Shown in pieces: positions 42,089-52,056 of a stretch of 64,000 nt of DNA (positions within the stretch are counted from its first letter, which is position 1; the number at the start of each line of letters is the position of its first letter). This stretch comes from Longimicrobiales bacterium (GTDB lineage Bacteria > Gemmatimonadota > Gemmatimonadetes > Longimicrobiales > Gaopeijiaceae), in assembly GCA_965226375.1 (NCBI GenBank), contig CBDDCX010000007.1, forward strand, positions 512,001 through 576,000. Direction: 5' to 3'. The notes under the pieces are model-generated. The model saw only the letters and a program-made list of their open reading frames with translations. It was not told the origin of the DNA and did no database searches. A program made the position numbers and the translations under genes.

Positions 42089-42128
42089 GCGGTGGACTTA
42101 AGGCAATACCCCATTCAGGAGTATTCAA

Positions 42129-42614
42129 TTGAAGCCAGCTACGCTCGTTTGCCTTATTGCCCTCCTCACGCCCACGAGCCTCTCCGGCATCCAGCAGTCT
42201 GCCGACGAACTCGAACTTCTCCGCATCCACGAGGCGGTCATGGAATCCCACCGCCAGGGAGACGTGGAGACGTGGATGGCGGTCGAGTCGGAGCGGTATA
42301 CTTCGGTCAATCGAGGCCGGATAACCTTTCCCAGCAGCGATGATCGGCGGCAGATGCGGGAGCCGTATCTGGCCTCCACGACCTTCACGATGTACCGGGA
42401 TCTGCGCACGCCCCTCGTTCGCGTGTCCGGCGACGGGTCCCTCGGTTGGCTGATGGCCGAGGTGGAGGTGCGAGGTGTGCAACGAGGGCAGGGGGGAGAA
42501 GAGACACCTATCCACACCATCTGGGCCTGGATAGAACTCTATGAGAAGGGCCCTGACGGATGGCGGGTGGTGGGGAACGCGTCCAACCCTCGAGAGGATG
42601 ACGACGGGCGATAG
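42129..42614 (+). CDS. Secreted NTF2-like (DUF4440/SnoaL-type) protein
   Basis: Signal peptide; VRVSGDGSLGWL and WIELYEKGPDGWRVV; AGGAG RBS. Confidence 0.75.
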   Translation: MKPATLVCLIALLTPTSLSGIQQSADELELLRIHEAVMESHRQGDVETWMAVESERYTSVNRGRITFPSSDDRRQMREPYLASTTFTMYRDLRTPLVRVSGDGSLGWLMAEVEVRGVQRGQGGEETPIHTIWAWIELYEKGPDGWRVVGNASNPREDDDGR

Positions 42615-42775
42615 GCCCCCATATCCGGTCGATGAACCGTAGGTCGATGAGCCTTCCCGAGCTGTTTTTCTGTCACTCCAGGTAACGAAGCTGCCGGGAC
42701 CGAGTCTCTCGGTATCCGACTTTGATCAATCGCATGGTTCGGCTTCATGAGCCTGTCGTGATAAGGAGAACTGTC

Positions 42776-44419
42776 ATGGTCATCCACCTGGGATTACGTA
42801 CCCCGTTTTTCATCCGTAGCGCAGGGCTCCTATTGGCTCTGGCCGTCCTCGTGAGCCCCGCGGCAGCCCAGAACGGACACGGGCACGACGGCCCGGTCCT
42901 CGGGGCTGTGCACTTCGACGTCTCGTGCCGTGCGGTGTCGGACGACTTCGACCGCGCCGTCGCGTTCCTCCACCATATGCAGTACGAGGAGTCGCGGGCG
43001 GCCTTCGAGGCTATCGCCCAGGCCGATGAACGATGTGCCATGGCTCACTGGGGAATCGCCATGACCCTTTTCCAGCCGCTTTGGCCGGCGCGTCCCAGCC
43101 TCGAGAATCTCAGGCGCGGGTGGAGCGAAGTGCAGAAGGCACGAGCGCTCGGACCGGGGGGTGATCGGGAAACCGGACTGCTGGAGGCTACCGCTGCGTT
43201 CTTCAGGGATCCTGATTCAACGGACTATTGGACTCGTATCAGCCGCTGGGCCGAGGCCATGTCCGCTACGCGTGAGGCCTTTCCCGCCGACCGTGAGACG
43301 GCAGCTCTCTACGCTCTCTCCCAGCTCGCTGCAGGCCAGGTCGCCGAGGACCGCATGGTCCATCAGAGTCGCGCGGCGAAGGTCTTGCTCGAAATCTACG
43401 ACGCCGAGCCCACACATCCGGGTGCGATCCACTACACGATCCATGCGAATGACGTAACCACCCGGGCCGACAAGTCTCTGGAGGTCGTGCGGAGCTACGA
43501 CGACATCGCACCTCGGGTACCCCACGCTCTCCACATGCCCACCCACATCTTCGTGCGCCTAGGCGAGTGGCCCGAGGTCATCGAGTGGAATCGCAAGTCG
43601 GCCGAGGCTGCGCTCCTGTTTCCGGCTGGCGATCGACTGTCGCATCACTCTCCGCATGCCTTGGACTATCTGGTGTACGCCCACCTGCAGCGGGGTGACA
43701 ATGAGGCGGCTTCGGAGATCATGAGTGAGCTCTCCGGGCACACGGAGCCGTATCAGGGCACGTTTATGTCAGCGTTTCACCTGGCGGCCGTGGAGGCCCG
43801 TTATGCCGTCGAGCGTCGCTCGTGGACCGAGGCGAAGAAGGTCGCGGTCCGGTCTCAGGCGTCTCTGGAGTGGGATCGGTTCTGGTGGGCAGAGTCCTTG
43901 AGTTGGTTCGCTCGGGGTCTCGGAGCAGCCAAGACCAATGACGACGATGCAGCGGTTCGGGCGGAGGACCGCATGGTCCGTCTACGCGATGCCGCGAAGG
44001 CAGCGGGCGAAGAGGCGTTCGTTACGCATATAGAGATCGACAGGCTGGTCCTGTCGGCCTGGCGCAGCCATGCCACCGGACAAGGCGAACGAGCCGTATC
44101 CACCATGAGGAGGGCGGTAGCGCTCGAGGCCACCACCGAGAAGCATCCGGTCACGCCGGGAGCGATATATCCGTCCCAGGAAGCCCTGGGTGATCTCTTG
44201 CTGGAGCTTGAGCGGCCCGGCGAGGCACTGCAGGCCTATCAGGCTTCGCTGGCCACATGGCCCGGTCGGTTCAACAGTCTCGCAGGCGCGGCCCGGGCGG
44301 CCAGAGCTGCGAACCTGGACGATACCGCCCGTAAGTACTACGAGACTTTGCTTGCCATCGCCTCGACGGGGAGCCAAAGACCCGCGGTGGCCGAGGCCCG
44401 GAGCTTTCTGGACGGCTAG
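42776..44419 (+). CDS. Secreted TPR-repeat protein
   Basis: AAGGAG RBS; signal peptide; CAMAHWGIAM, HPGAIHYTIH, PHALHMPTHIF; helical repeats. Confidence 0.8.
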   Translation: MVIHLGLRTPFFIRSAGLLLALAVLVSPAAAQNGHGHDGPVLGAVHFDVSCRAVSDDFDRAVAFLHHMQYEESRAAFEAIAQADERCAMAHWGIAMTLFQPLWPARPSLENLRRGWSEVQKARALGPGGDRETGLLEATAAFFRDPDSTDYWTRISRWAEAMSATREAFPADRETAALYALSQLAAGQVAEDRMVHQSRAAKVLLEIYDAEPTHPGAIHYTIHANDVTTRADKSLEVVRSYDDIAPRVPHALHMPTHIFVRLGEWPEVIEWNRKSAEAALLFPAGDRLSHHSPHALDYLVYAHLQRGDNEAASEIMSELSGHTEPYQGTFMSAFHLAAVEARYAVERRSWTEAKKVAVRSQASLEWDRFWWAESLSWFARGLGAAKTNDDDAAVRAEDRMVRLRDAAKAAGEEAFVTHIEIDRLVLSAWRSHATGQGERAVSTMRRAVALEATTEKHPVTPGAIYPSQEALGDLLLELERPGEALQAYQASLATWPGRFNSLAGAARAARAANLDDTARKYYETLLAIASTGSQRPAVAEARSFLDG

Positions 44420-44432
44420 GGGACCCTTGGTG

Positions 44433-44457
44433 GGCCCCCGGAACCCCTCCGGGGGCC
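44433..44457. terminator. Hairpin between convergent genes
   Basis: GGCCCCCGGA/TCCGGGGGCC 10-bp stem. Confidence 0.55.
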
Positions 44458-44458
44458 T

Positions 44459-45247
44459 TCATTCTCGTCGTCGGTCTCTCCGTGCGGCCGCCATCTCTAC
44501 CAGACGGCGGAGTTCCTGAATCGGCTCGACGTGATCGTCCACCTGGAGCCTCAACACGACGTCGTTGTTCAACCACACCCCGCCATCCTCCTTGACGATG
44601 AGAAGGGCGGCGGACTGCATGCCCCTCTTGTCCCCGCCCGCGGCCTGGCCGTGTTCCAGTGCGGCCACCAGCCTGAGTGACAGGTGGCCGTCCGTTTCTT
44701 CGAACCCCCGGATCATTTCGTCCACGACCTCCGGACCCGCCAGGATGTTGCCTTGGGCCGATGCGTATCGACCGACCCTATGGCCGGCCCAGTCACTCGC
44801 CCCCGGTCCAGTGTGGGTGGCGACCTCGCCTTGCGCGTTCATTACGGAGAACTGCCGCCCCTTGATGGTCCAGCGATCGGGTCGAGGATTCGGGTCGTTC
44901 GCGAGGACGTTTTCCACGACCTGGGCGGGAGCCTGACCCTGTCTCAGTAGCTCCAGAGCCTGGGGTCCGTAGCTCACGTCCACGATAGCCTGCGTCGCCA
45001 CTACTCCCACCCCTGCTTCTCCCCAGATCACCCCGTTGCCAACCGAGAACACGCGCGACTGCACCGCCACGCCGACTTCTCCGGTGGCCGGGTCGTAGCC
45101 GAGGATCGAGAAGGTCGCGACGGGCGGCCAGGGACCCTCCATCGTCTGCGACCCCGAGTCCTGGCCATGAACGGGGACGGAACCTACGGCCAGGGCGCAC
45201 AGAGCCAGGACCGCGACGAGGAAGACACTCGAGAGGCGCGATGACAT
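44459..45247 (-). CDS. DUF1028-family (Ntn-hydrolase-like) secreted protein
   Basis: ATFSILG.DPATGEVGVAVQS, VATQA, QGNILAG, GGDKRGMQSAA, LQVDDHVEPIQEL. Confidence 0.88.
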   Translation of the reverse strand: MSSRLSSVFLVAVLALCALAVGSVPVHGQDSGSQTMEGPWPPVATFSILGYDPATGEVGVAVQSRVFSVGNGVIWGEAGVGVVATQAIVDVSYGPQALELLRQGQAPAQVVENVLANDPNPRPDRWTIKGRQFSVMNAQGEVATHTGPGASDWAGHRVGRYASAQGNILAGPEVVDEMIRGFEETDGHLSLRLVAALEHGQAAGGDKRGMQSAALLIVKEDGGVWLNNDVVLRLQVDDHVEPIQELRRLVEMAAARRDRRRE

Positions 45248-45481
45248 GGGGACTCTCCTGCTGGCCGGATGGAACGGCGAACGACTCGCTTAAGCTGTGG
45301 CCGCGCCGGTGTGACCGCCAGCTACCGCAGTACTCCCCGGTAGCGAGCCGAATCACCGCCATACTGTGGGAAGATGCGATCGAGGTGTTCGGCACCCAAG
45401 TGACCCGCGACCACTTCCCCGAATACGTCTCGGAAGTCGGTGGTGACGGCCAGGTCGCGGCCCTCGTAGAGCTGCTGATTC

Positions 45482-46857
45482 GGTAGTGTCCCTAGATTTG
45501 TGTAAAAGCGGATAAGCTGGACAGGAGGGAAAGAAAAACGGAAGCTCCTCTGTTGTTGTTCACTGTCACATGAACCCGGGAGGCCGGGTCTGCAGAGCAG
45601 GCTCGGAACCGGAGAGGAGCTTCCGATGCAAGAGATTGTGGAGATCGGTCGGGCCACGCAAGACGAGCTACGCGATGATTTGCGCGAGCTGTTTCAAGGC
45701 GCGATCCGGCTGACGCTCGAGATGGTGCTGGAAGAGGAGCTGAAGGCTATGGTAGGTGCACGCCGCTTCGAGCGGGTGGGAAGCCGGAAGGACCATAGGA
45801 ACGGCACATACCTGAGGCGGCTGCTGACGAGCCTGGGACAGATCGAGGTCGCCATGCCCCGGAGCCGGGACAACGGTTCGCCGGCCGACGTGATCGGCCG
45901 CTACCAGCGCAGGAGCCCCGAGCTCGACGAGATGATGGTCGAGGCGTATGTGAGCGGCGTGTCACAGCGCAAGATGGGCGACGTCACCGAGGCGCTGATG
46001 GGCGAGCGTGTCGGGCGCTCGACGGTGAGTCGTGTGGCAAAACGGCTCGACGAGGCCGTGGAAGGGCTGCGCCGTGCGCCGATCGAGGGGCCTCACCCCT
46101 ATCTGTACCTGGACGCCACGTTCTTGGACGCCCGCTGGGCCCGCAAAGTCGAGAACGTGAGTGCGCTCGTGGCGTATGCAGTGGGCCCTGAGGGTCACCG
46201 ACGGCTCCTGGCCGTCACGCTGGGCGCTGAGGAGTCGCAGCAGAGCTGGTCGGAGCTCCTCGAGCAACTCCAGGACCGCGGCCTCGGCGGTGTCGAGCTC
46301 GTGATCGCCGATGAGCACGCAGGCCTGGCAGCTGCGGTCCGCCGCTTCCTGCCCGAGGCACGCCGTCAGAGGTGTACGGTCCATCTGCAGCGTAATGTGG
46401 GGGCGAGGGTCCCCCACCGCCTACGCAAGCGCGTGGCGCGTGAGGTCTCGGTGATCTTCCAGACATCCGGACTCGCCGAGGCGAAGAAGCTCCTGGGCGA
46501 GTTCGGCGCACGCTGGAAGAAGGAGCTGCCCGAGGCCGTGGAGGTCCTGGAGCGGGGCTTCGGGGCAGCGACGCAGTTCTACGCGTTCCCCGAGGCGCAC
46601 TGGCCCCGGCTGCGTACCACCAACAGCCTCGAGCGGCTGCACGGCGAGATCAAACGCAGGATCAAGGCCGCCGGCGCCTTCCCGGACCGGGCCAGCGCCC
46701 TCAGGCTCATCACGGTCGTCGCACTCAGGACCACACACGTCTGGGGCGACCGGCGTTACCTCGACCTCTCACTCCTCCAGAAACAGGAGGTCGCCCAAGC
46801 AGCCTAGCCGAAGGCGAGGAGCTTCCTCCGCTTTTACACACAAATCGGGACTTGACC
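45482..46857 (+). mobile_element. IS256-family insertion sequence, 1376 bp, 8-bp TSD GCTGATTC
   Basis: Ends GGTAGTGTCCCTAGATTTGTGTAAAAGCGGA and reverse complement GGTCAAGTCCCGATTTGTGTGTAAAAGCGGA; TSD at 45474-45481 and 46858-46865. Confidence 0.95.
45626..46807 (+). CDS. IS256-family (Mutator-type) transposase
   Basis: RNGTYLR, YLYLDAT, VIADEHAGL, QRCTVH, RTTNSLERLHGEIKRR. Confidence 0.95.
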   Translation: MQEIVEIGRATQDELRDDLRELFQGAIRLTLEMVLEEELKAMVGARRFERVGSRKDHRNGTYLRRLLTSLGQIEVAMPRSRDNGSPADVIGRYQRRSPELDEMMVEAYVSGVSQRKMGDVTEALMGERVGRSTVSRVAKRLDEAVEGLRRAPIEGPHPYLYLDATFLDARWARKVENVSALVAYAVGPEGHRRLLAVTLGAEESQQSWSELLEQLQDRGLGGVELVIADEHAGLAAAVRRFLPEARRQRCTVHLQRNVGARVPHRLRKRVAREVSVIFQTSGLAEAKKLLGEFGARWKKELPEAVEVLERGFGAATQFYAFPEAHWPRLRTTNSLERLHGEIKRRIKAAGAFPDRASALRLITVVALRTTHVWGDRRYLDLSLLQKQEVAQAA

Positions 46858-49815
46858 GCTGATTCTCGAGCCCCGGCCAATCACCGAGGATCCGGCCCCC
46901 GTTCACGGCCCCACCGAGCGCCAGCATACAGTTGGCGTGTCCGTGATCCGTGCCCCCTGATCCGTTCTCGGCAACCGTGCGTCCGAACTCGGACATGGTC
47001 AGGATCACGACATCCTCCATGGGATCGCCCAGGTCGTCATACAGAGCGCGAATCCCCTGACCGAGTTGGGTCAATCGGCCGGCGAGCTGCCCCTGTGCGC
47101 CGCCCTGCCTCACGTGCGTATCCCAGCCACCGAGGTCGGCGAACGCGATCTCTACTCCTACGTCGGCCTTTACTAGCTGAGCGATCTGGCGGAGAGATCG
47201 CCCGAAGTCGCCGTTCGGGTACTCGGCACCGTCCGCCGGCTCGTAGCGAGTTGGATCGACTGTCTCCAGAATGCGCACCGCCTCGAAGGCCTCGTCCGCG
47301 GCCGCCGAGACCGCATCTCCATCACCCGTACGATAGAGACGTCGAAACGCCGATCCCACCTCGTCTCCCCCACGTATTCCGAAGTCGTCCAGGTCGGGAA
47401 TGGCCAGCGCGGGATGATCCCCCTGAAGCGCCCGCGGCAGGGCACTGGTCAGCGAGACACCACGAAGAGAGGGTACGGTAGCCATGGCCACCTGGCCCGC
47501 CATGTGATCCGCGGCGTGCGCGGTCGGATTATCCAGCGTACGGCCTCCGCAGGCTGCGCATCCGGTGTCCTGCAGAACCCGATTCAGCCAACCATCCCCT
47601 GTGGATTTCACGCCGGGTGTACCGGTTTCCATGAAGTCCTGGGCGTCGAAATGCGAACGCGTCGGATGCGGAGAGCCCACGGCGTGGACCACGGCCATCT
47701 CACCCCGACCGTACAGGTCCTGGAGGGACGCCAGGGCGGGGTGAAGTCCGAAGAAACCGTCGAGATCGAGCGTGCTGCCCTCCTGCGAGCCCGGCGCCTG
47801 AATAGCGATGCTACGTCGGGAGTCGTGGTACCCGCGCTCTCCGAAGGGAACGACCATGGAGAGCCCATCCACGGCGCCTCGCTGGAAGATGCAGATGAGT
47901 GTCTTCTTGCGATCCAATCCCTGCGTGCCGGCCATCAACGGCTGCAGCAGGAAGTCTGGTGGGAGTCCGAGTGCCAGCAGGGCAAGCGCACCCTGTCCGA
48001 CGAAGATGCGTCTTTCGATGTTGTCCATCAGTGCCTCTGGAATTCGGGTGAACCCAAGATCAGGCCGAGAGCCCGGACCCCGCCTTCGCTCTCTTTTTCA
48101 GGCGGGTTCGCCTGGAGGTCATCGTGGATCACGGTCATGAGCTCGGAGGAATCGACCCCGGGCAGAAGCGCGCCTGCCAAACCCGGAAGACCCTCCCCGC
48201 CCGCCCGCCTGATCTCGGCCAACAGGCGGTCTCCGTCGGGACCCACGCCTCGCAGCGCACCCGCCACGTAGGACGTAGCGAAGTTCATCCGCGCCAGCAT
48301 GGCCCCGCTGGAGGCCCACTGCGCGCTGGTCTCGGGGTAACCTGTCGGGGGCTCCGCCAGGTAGGGTGCCTCACCGAGAGAGCGAAGTGGCTCTACCAGG
48401 ACCCGAGCGTTCGGCATGTGCCCGTGGGTCATACGAAGTGTGCTGGCAACGAGCAGGAAGGGCGACTTCACGCGGTCGCCCACAACACCGGCATCGTAGA
48501 ACTCGTCTGCCGTGAACAGCACCTTCGTCAGCTCCCGTAGATCCCCGTCGGTTGCCAGGAAGACCTCGGCGAGGTGGTCCACCAACGCCATCGGCGGTTG
48601 GTCCACCACGAAGCGGGTAGCCAGCTGGGTCGCGATGTGCCGTGCTGTGGAGGGGTGTCGCGCCAGAGTACGAATCAGTTCGACCCCTTCATCCTGGCCA
48701 CCACCGGACGGGAAGTCATGACCCATCACGGTCTTTTCACCGGCGTCGTGAAGCTCAGTACGAAACCGGAAGCGATACGCCTCCGCGTAGTCCACGTCGG
48801 GCAACACGATGCGTCCGTCCTCATAGGACGCCCTGGCCTGACGCATGTCCATGCGGTTCCCCGGCTGTTGGAACGTCCAACCGGTGAGGATGCGAGCGAC
48901 GTCGATCACGTCGGCCTGCGTATATCCTCCGTCCACGCCAAGGGTGTGGAGTTCCATGAGCTCGCGAGCATAGTTCTCGTTGAGACCGGCCGTTCGACGG
49001 CGCTGCTCCCGCTCCCGGTCCCGCAGCTGCGCCATGCGCTCTCTGGCTCGGTCGCGGGCCTGAGGTGGCATCCGCTGCATGCGTCGGGCGACCTCGTCCC
49101 GCCGATCCTTGGCCCTGAGTGAGCTGTCAGGCGCGACGCTCTGGAAGTTGTCGAGGTAGAAGAGCATGGCCGGGTGCCGGGCCGTGGCGAGTACCATGTC
49201 CTCGAACTTCCCGAACACATTGCCTCGAATGGCGGTCCTCTCGTCATCGGACACCAACCAGCGGGTCGCGCCCTTGCCCCAGAACACGTTGAAATGATCG
49301 AACCAGAAGGCCGTCATCATTTCCTCGAGCTGTCGTTCCGAGTGGACAGCCCTTGTGAGGCGGGCACTCGACATGTCCGCGAGGATCCTCCGAGGGCCCC
49401 GTTCTCCGAGTTCTCGCCTCAGGGTGCGCCGTTCGTTCCGGGAGAGCGACTCGTCTTGTGCAAGCTCTCGAAGGGGCTGGAGCACCTGTCCGGGAGGGTA
49501 CTGCTCCAGGAGCTCCGTGAGACTCATGGTGGCGACGGAGGTACCGGCGAGGAGTGGATCGAGAGCCGAGTCGTCGATCCGCTCGGGATGCAGCTGCACA
49601 TCGAGCCAGTCCGCGATCCCGATCGAGAGCACAGCGTCGATATCCTGGGGTCGTGGCCCGTAGGTCGCCCGTTGCAAGAGGTGGATGGCCTTGGCCCGGA
49701 CCGTATCTTCGCCGTTCTGGGCTTTGGCGGCCGGAGCCTTTGCCAGGCCATTTAGCGCCCCCGATTTCTCTGGACAGTAGATTGGCAAAGACAGCGGGTC
49801 CAGAGAGAAAGGGAC

Positions 49816-50178
49816 GTGATGGCCCAGAAGCCGAGGGAGAACAAGGCGACCGCAGGTCGTGAGAAGGTACCCGAGCGGTGGAGTGCCCAGCAGAAAACGG
49901 AGGTGGTGCTGCGCCTGCTACGGGGTGAGGACCTGGTGGAGGTCAGCCGCGAGGTACAGGTCTCACCGCCGGAGCTGGAGGAATGGCGGCGGGTGTTCCT
50001 GGAGACCGGTCAGCAGGGACTGAGACGCCGGGGCCGAGACCCTGGAGAACGGGAGCTGACCCGGACCCGGGCGAAGCTGGGAGAGTTGACGATGCGACTG
50101 GAGCTTGCGAGAGAACTCCTGGAAAAAAGGGGGTACGGGGACGAGCTGGAGAAGCTCTTGAAGCGCGGACGCGGGTGA
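49816..50178 (+). CDS. IS3-like transposase OrfA (helix-turn-helix)
   Basis: RWSAQQKTEVVLRLLRGE...VSRE...LEEWRRVF followed by a coiled coil. Confidence 0.85.
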   Translation: MMAQKPRENKATAGREKVPERWSAQQKTEVVLRLLRGEDLVEVSREVQVSPPELEEWRRVFLETGQQGLRRRGRDPGERELTRTRAKLGELTMRLELARELLEKRGYGDELEKLLKRGRG

Positions 50179-51061
50179 GTCCGGGGACAGGGCGGCTCTA
50201 CCCTCTGACGATGATCTGCGAGGTCTGGCGGGTGGGGCGCTCGACGGTCTACGCGGCCCGAGATCGAGAAGAGAGCGACGGGCCGGCAGGGCTGAAGAAG
50301 CGCGGACCGAAGACGAAGCTGAGCGACGAGGAGTTGGTGGAGGAGATCCGACAGGTGCTGAAGGAGAGCGACTTCCTGGGCGAAGGCCACCGGAAGGTCC
50401 GGGCCCGTCTGAGAGCCAAGGGGATCGGTGTGGGCAAGAACCGCGTGCTGCGGCTGATGCGGGAGAATGGGCTGCTGGCCCCCGTACGGCGCGGAAAGCA
50501 CCCGCGTGGGGACCGGAGCCACAGCGGCCGGATCACGCGACGGATGTGCCGAACGAGCTGTGGGGTACGGACGCGACGCGGTTCTACACGAAGGAGGATG
50601 GGTGGTGCTGGTTCTTCGTGGCGGTGGATCACTGCATCACAGACGTGGTGGGCTGGCACGTGGCGAAGAAGGGCGATCGGTGGGCAGCGCTCGAGCCGAT
50701 CCGCCAGGGTGTACGAACCCACATGGACGGCTACGCGCCCAAGATCGCTCTGGGGCTCGGCCTACGGCACGACTGGGGCCCTCAGTACACCGCCCATCAG
50801 TTCCAAGGAGAGCTGGCCTGGCTCGGGATCCGCTCGACGGCCTCGTACGTAGGAGAGCCGGAGTGCAACGGCGTCGCGGAACGCTTCATGCGGACGCTGA
50901 AGGAAGAGTGCCTGTACCTCCACGACTTCGAGAGCCTCGAGGAGGCCAGGCAGGAGATCGATGCGTTCATCGAACGCTACAACCGCGGGTGGCTCCTGGA
51001 GCGGCACGGGTATCGGACCCCGGCCCAGGTCCGTCAGGAGCTCACCCTGAAGGCGGCATGA
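50175..51061 (+). pseudogene. IS3-like transposase OrfB (integrase core) with an internal frameshift at about 50535-50540
   Basis: GHRKV..RVLRLMRE in one frame; WGTDAT, RHDWGPQY and NGVAERFMRTLKEE in another. Confidence 0.85.
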
Positions 51062-51335
51062 TTAGGCCGCCGACTTGTCCAGGAAACCGGAACCGGTACA
51101 GCCAGGGAGTAGAAAAAGTCCGATGTAGAGCGAAGCTCGACCGAGTGCGCTCATGTTTGAACTCCTGAAAAGGGTCGCTGCTGAAGAACCTAGACGTGTA
51201 CAGCGCCTCTCGCGTTAAACCAACGGCCTACTCCGTTCGTGGGCCTCGTGGCGTCGTAGACCTCTGGCGTGTGTTAGGACGCATGGCGAGATTCGGGGGC
51301 CTCAAAGCGGAAATTCCCACTGAAAACGAAGGCTT

Positions 51336-51920
51336 GTGAAACACAAATTAGTCGTTCTTCTCAGCATCTTCCCCGTCGTGATCGTTCTGGATCTGATCAC
51401 TAAGAGCTGGGCTCTTGCCGCCCTGGAGGGTGGTCGGCGGATGGAGCTCTTTTTCGGGTATGTGCCACTGACGCTTGCCTTCAATCGGGGAGCGGCCTTC
51501 GGGCTTTCCCTAGGCAACGATCCCCGGTGGTTCTTCATCCCCATCACCATGTTGGCCATGGGGTTGTTACTGGTGCTGTTGAAACAGGCCGATGCACGTG
51601 ATTGGCTGCGCATCATCTCCGTTTCGCTGGTCGTCTCGGGAGCGTTCGGAAATCTCTACGACCGAGTGCGCTGGGATCGGGGTGTGGTCGACTTTATCGG
51701 GCCGATCGATCTCGGCGTGATGCTGTGGCCGATCTTCAACGTCGCGGACATGGCGATTTCTTGTGGCGCCGTCTTGCTGGCGATTTCGTTCTGGCGCGAA
51801 GAGAGGGAGACGGAATCGGTGGCCGCGGTGGCCGCAGTGGCCTCGGCGCCGGAGTCTCTCCCTGGAGACGCCGCCGCACCGTCCAGCGATTCTGGTGCGG
51901 TGACGGAACCGGGCGGCTGA
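51336..51920 (+). CDS. lspA: Lipoprotein signal peptidase
   Basis: DLITK, NRGAAFG, GAFGNLYDR, VVDFI, FNVADMAI. Confidence 0.95.
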   Translation: MKHKLVVLLSIFPVVIVLDLITKSWALAALEGGRRMELFFGYVPLTLAFNRGAAFGLSLGNDPRWFFIPITMLAMGLLLVLLKQADARDWLRIISVSLVVSGAFGNLYDRVRWDRGVVDFIGPIDLGVMLWPIFNVADMAISCGAVLLAISFWREERETESVAAVAAVASAPESLPGDAAAPSSDSGAVTEPGG

Positions 51921-51941
51921 GAGGATGTAGCCTCCACAGCT

Positions 51942-51981
51942 AAAAATGAGCGGGCGCCGGGATCACTCCCCGCGCCCGCTT
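51942..51981 (-). terminator. Intrinsic terminator for glnA, possibly bidirectional
   Basis: GAGCGGGCGC/GCGCCCGCTT stem with an A5 run on its left. Confidence 0.65.
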
Positions 51982-52056
51982 CCTCGTCACCCTCTTGCCC
52001 GCGGTTACCGTGAAACCGTCGACAGGGCAGTCGCTAGAGGAACTGGAGGAGTCCGA

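Larger units (their letters stand above)
41047..42115 (-). mobile_element. IS1595-family insertion sequence, 1069 bp, 26-bp terminal IRs, 8-bp TSD CAGGAGTA
   Basis: AAGGGGGTATTCCCTTAAGTCCACCG versus reverse complement AATGGGGTATTGCCTTAAGTCCACCG; TSD at 41039-41046 and 42116-42123. Confidence 0.93.
45322..48028 (-). pseudogene. DUF1501-family Tat-exported protein interrupted by IS256 near its 3' end
   Basis: RRIF Tat-like motif, FQRGAVDGLS, RSHFDAQ, GGWDTH, SEFGRT..NGSGGTDHG; continues after the IS as QLYEGRDLAVTTDFR. Confidence 0.92.
49751..51100 (+). mobile_element. IS3-like insertion sequence, 1350 bp, 4-bp TSD GCCA, probably defective
   Basis: Imperfect IRs TTTAGCGCCCCCGATTTCTCTGGACA and reverse complement TGTACCGGTTCCGGTTTCCTGGACA; GCCA at 49747-49750 and 51101-51104. 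Confidence 0.88.
48028..51154 (-). pseudogene. DUF1800-family protein interrupted in its signal peptide by an IS3-like element
   Basis: HLLQRATYG, FWFDHFNV, HPAMLFYLDN, NENYARELMELHTLG, SPEFQRH; N-terminus MSALGRASLYIGLFLLPG with AGGAG RBS lies beyond the IS. Confidence 0.92.

Noticed and set aside
42682..42707. ECF-sigma-like promoter (GTAAC-N17-GTCT), with a similar motif upstream of DUF1800
   Set aside because: The motif is too short to support without transcription start data.
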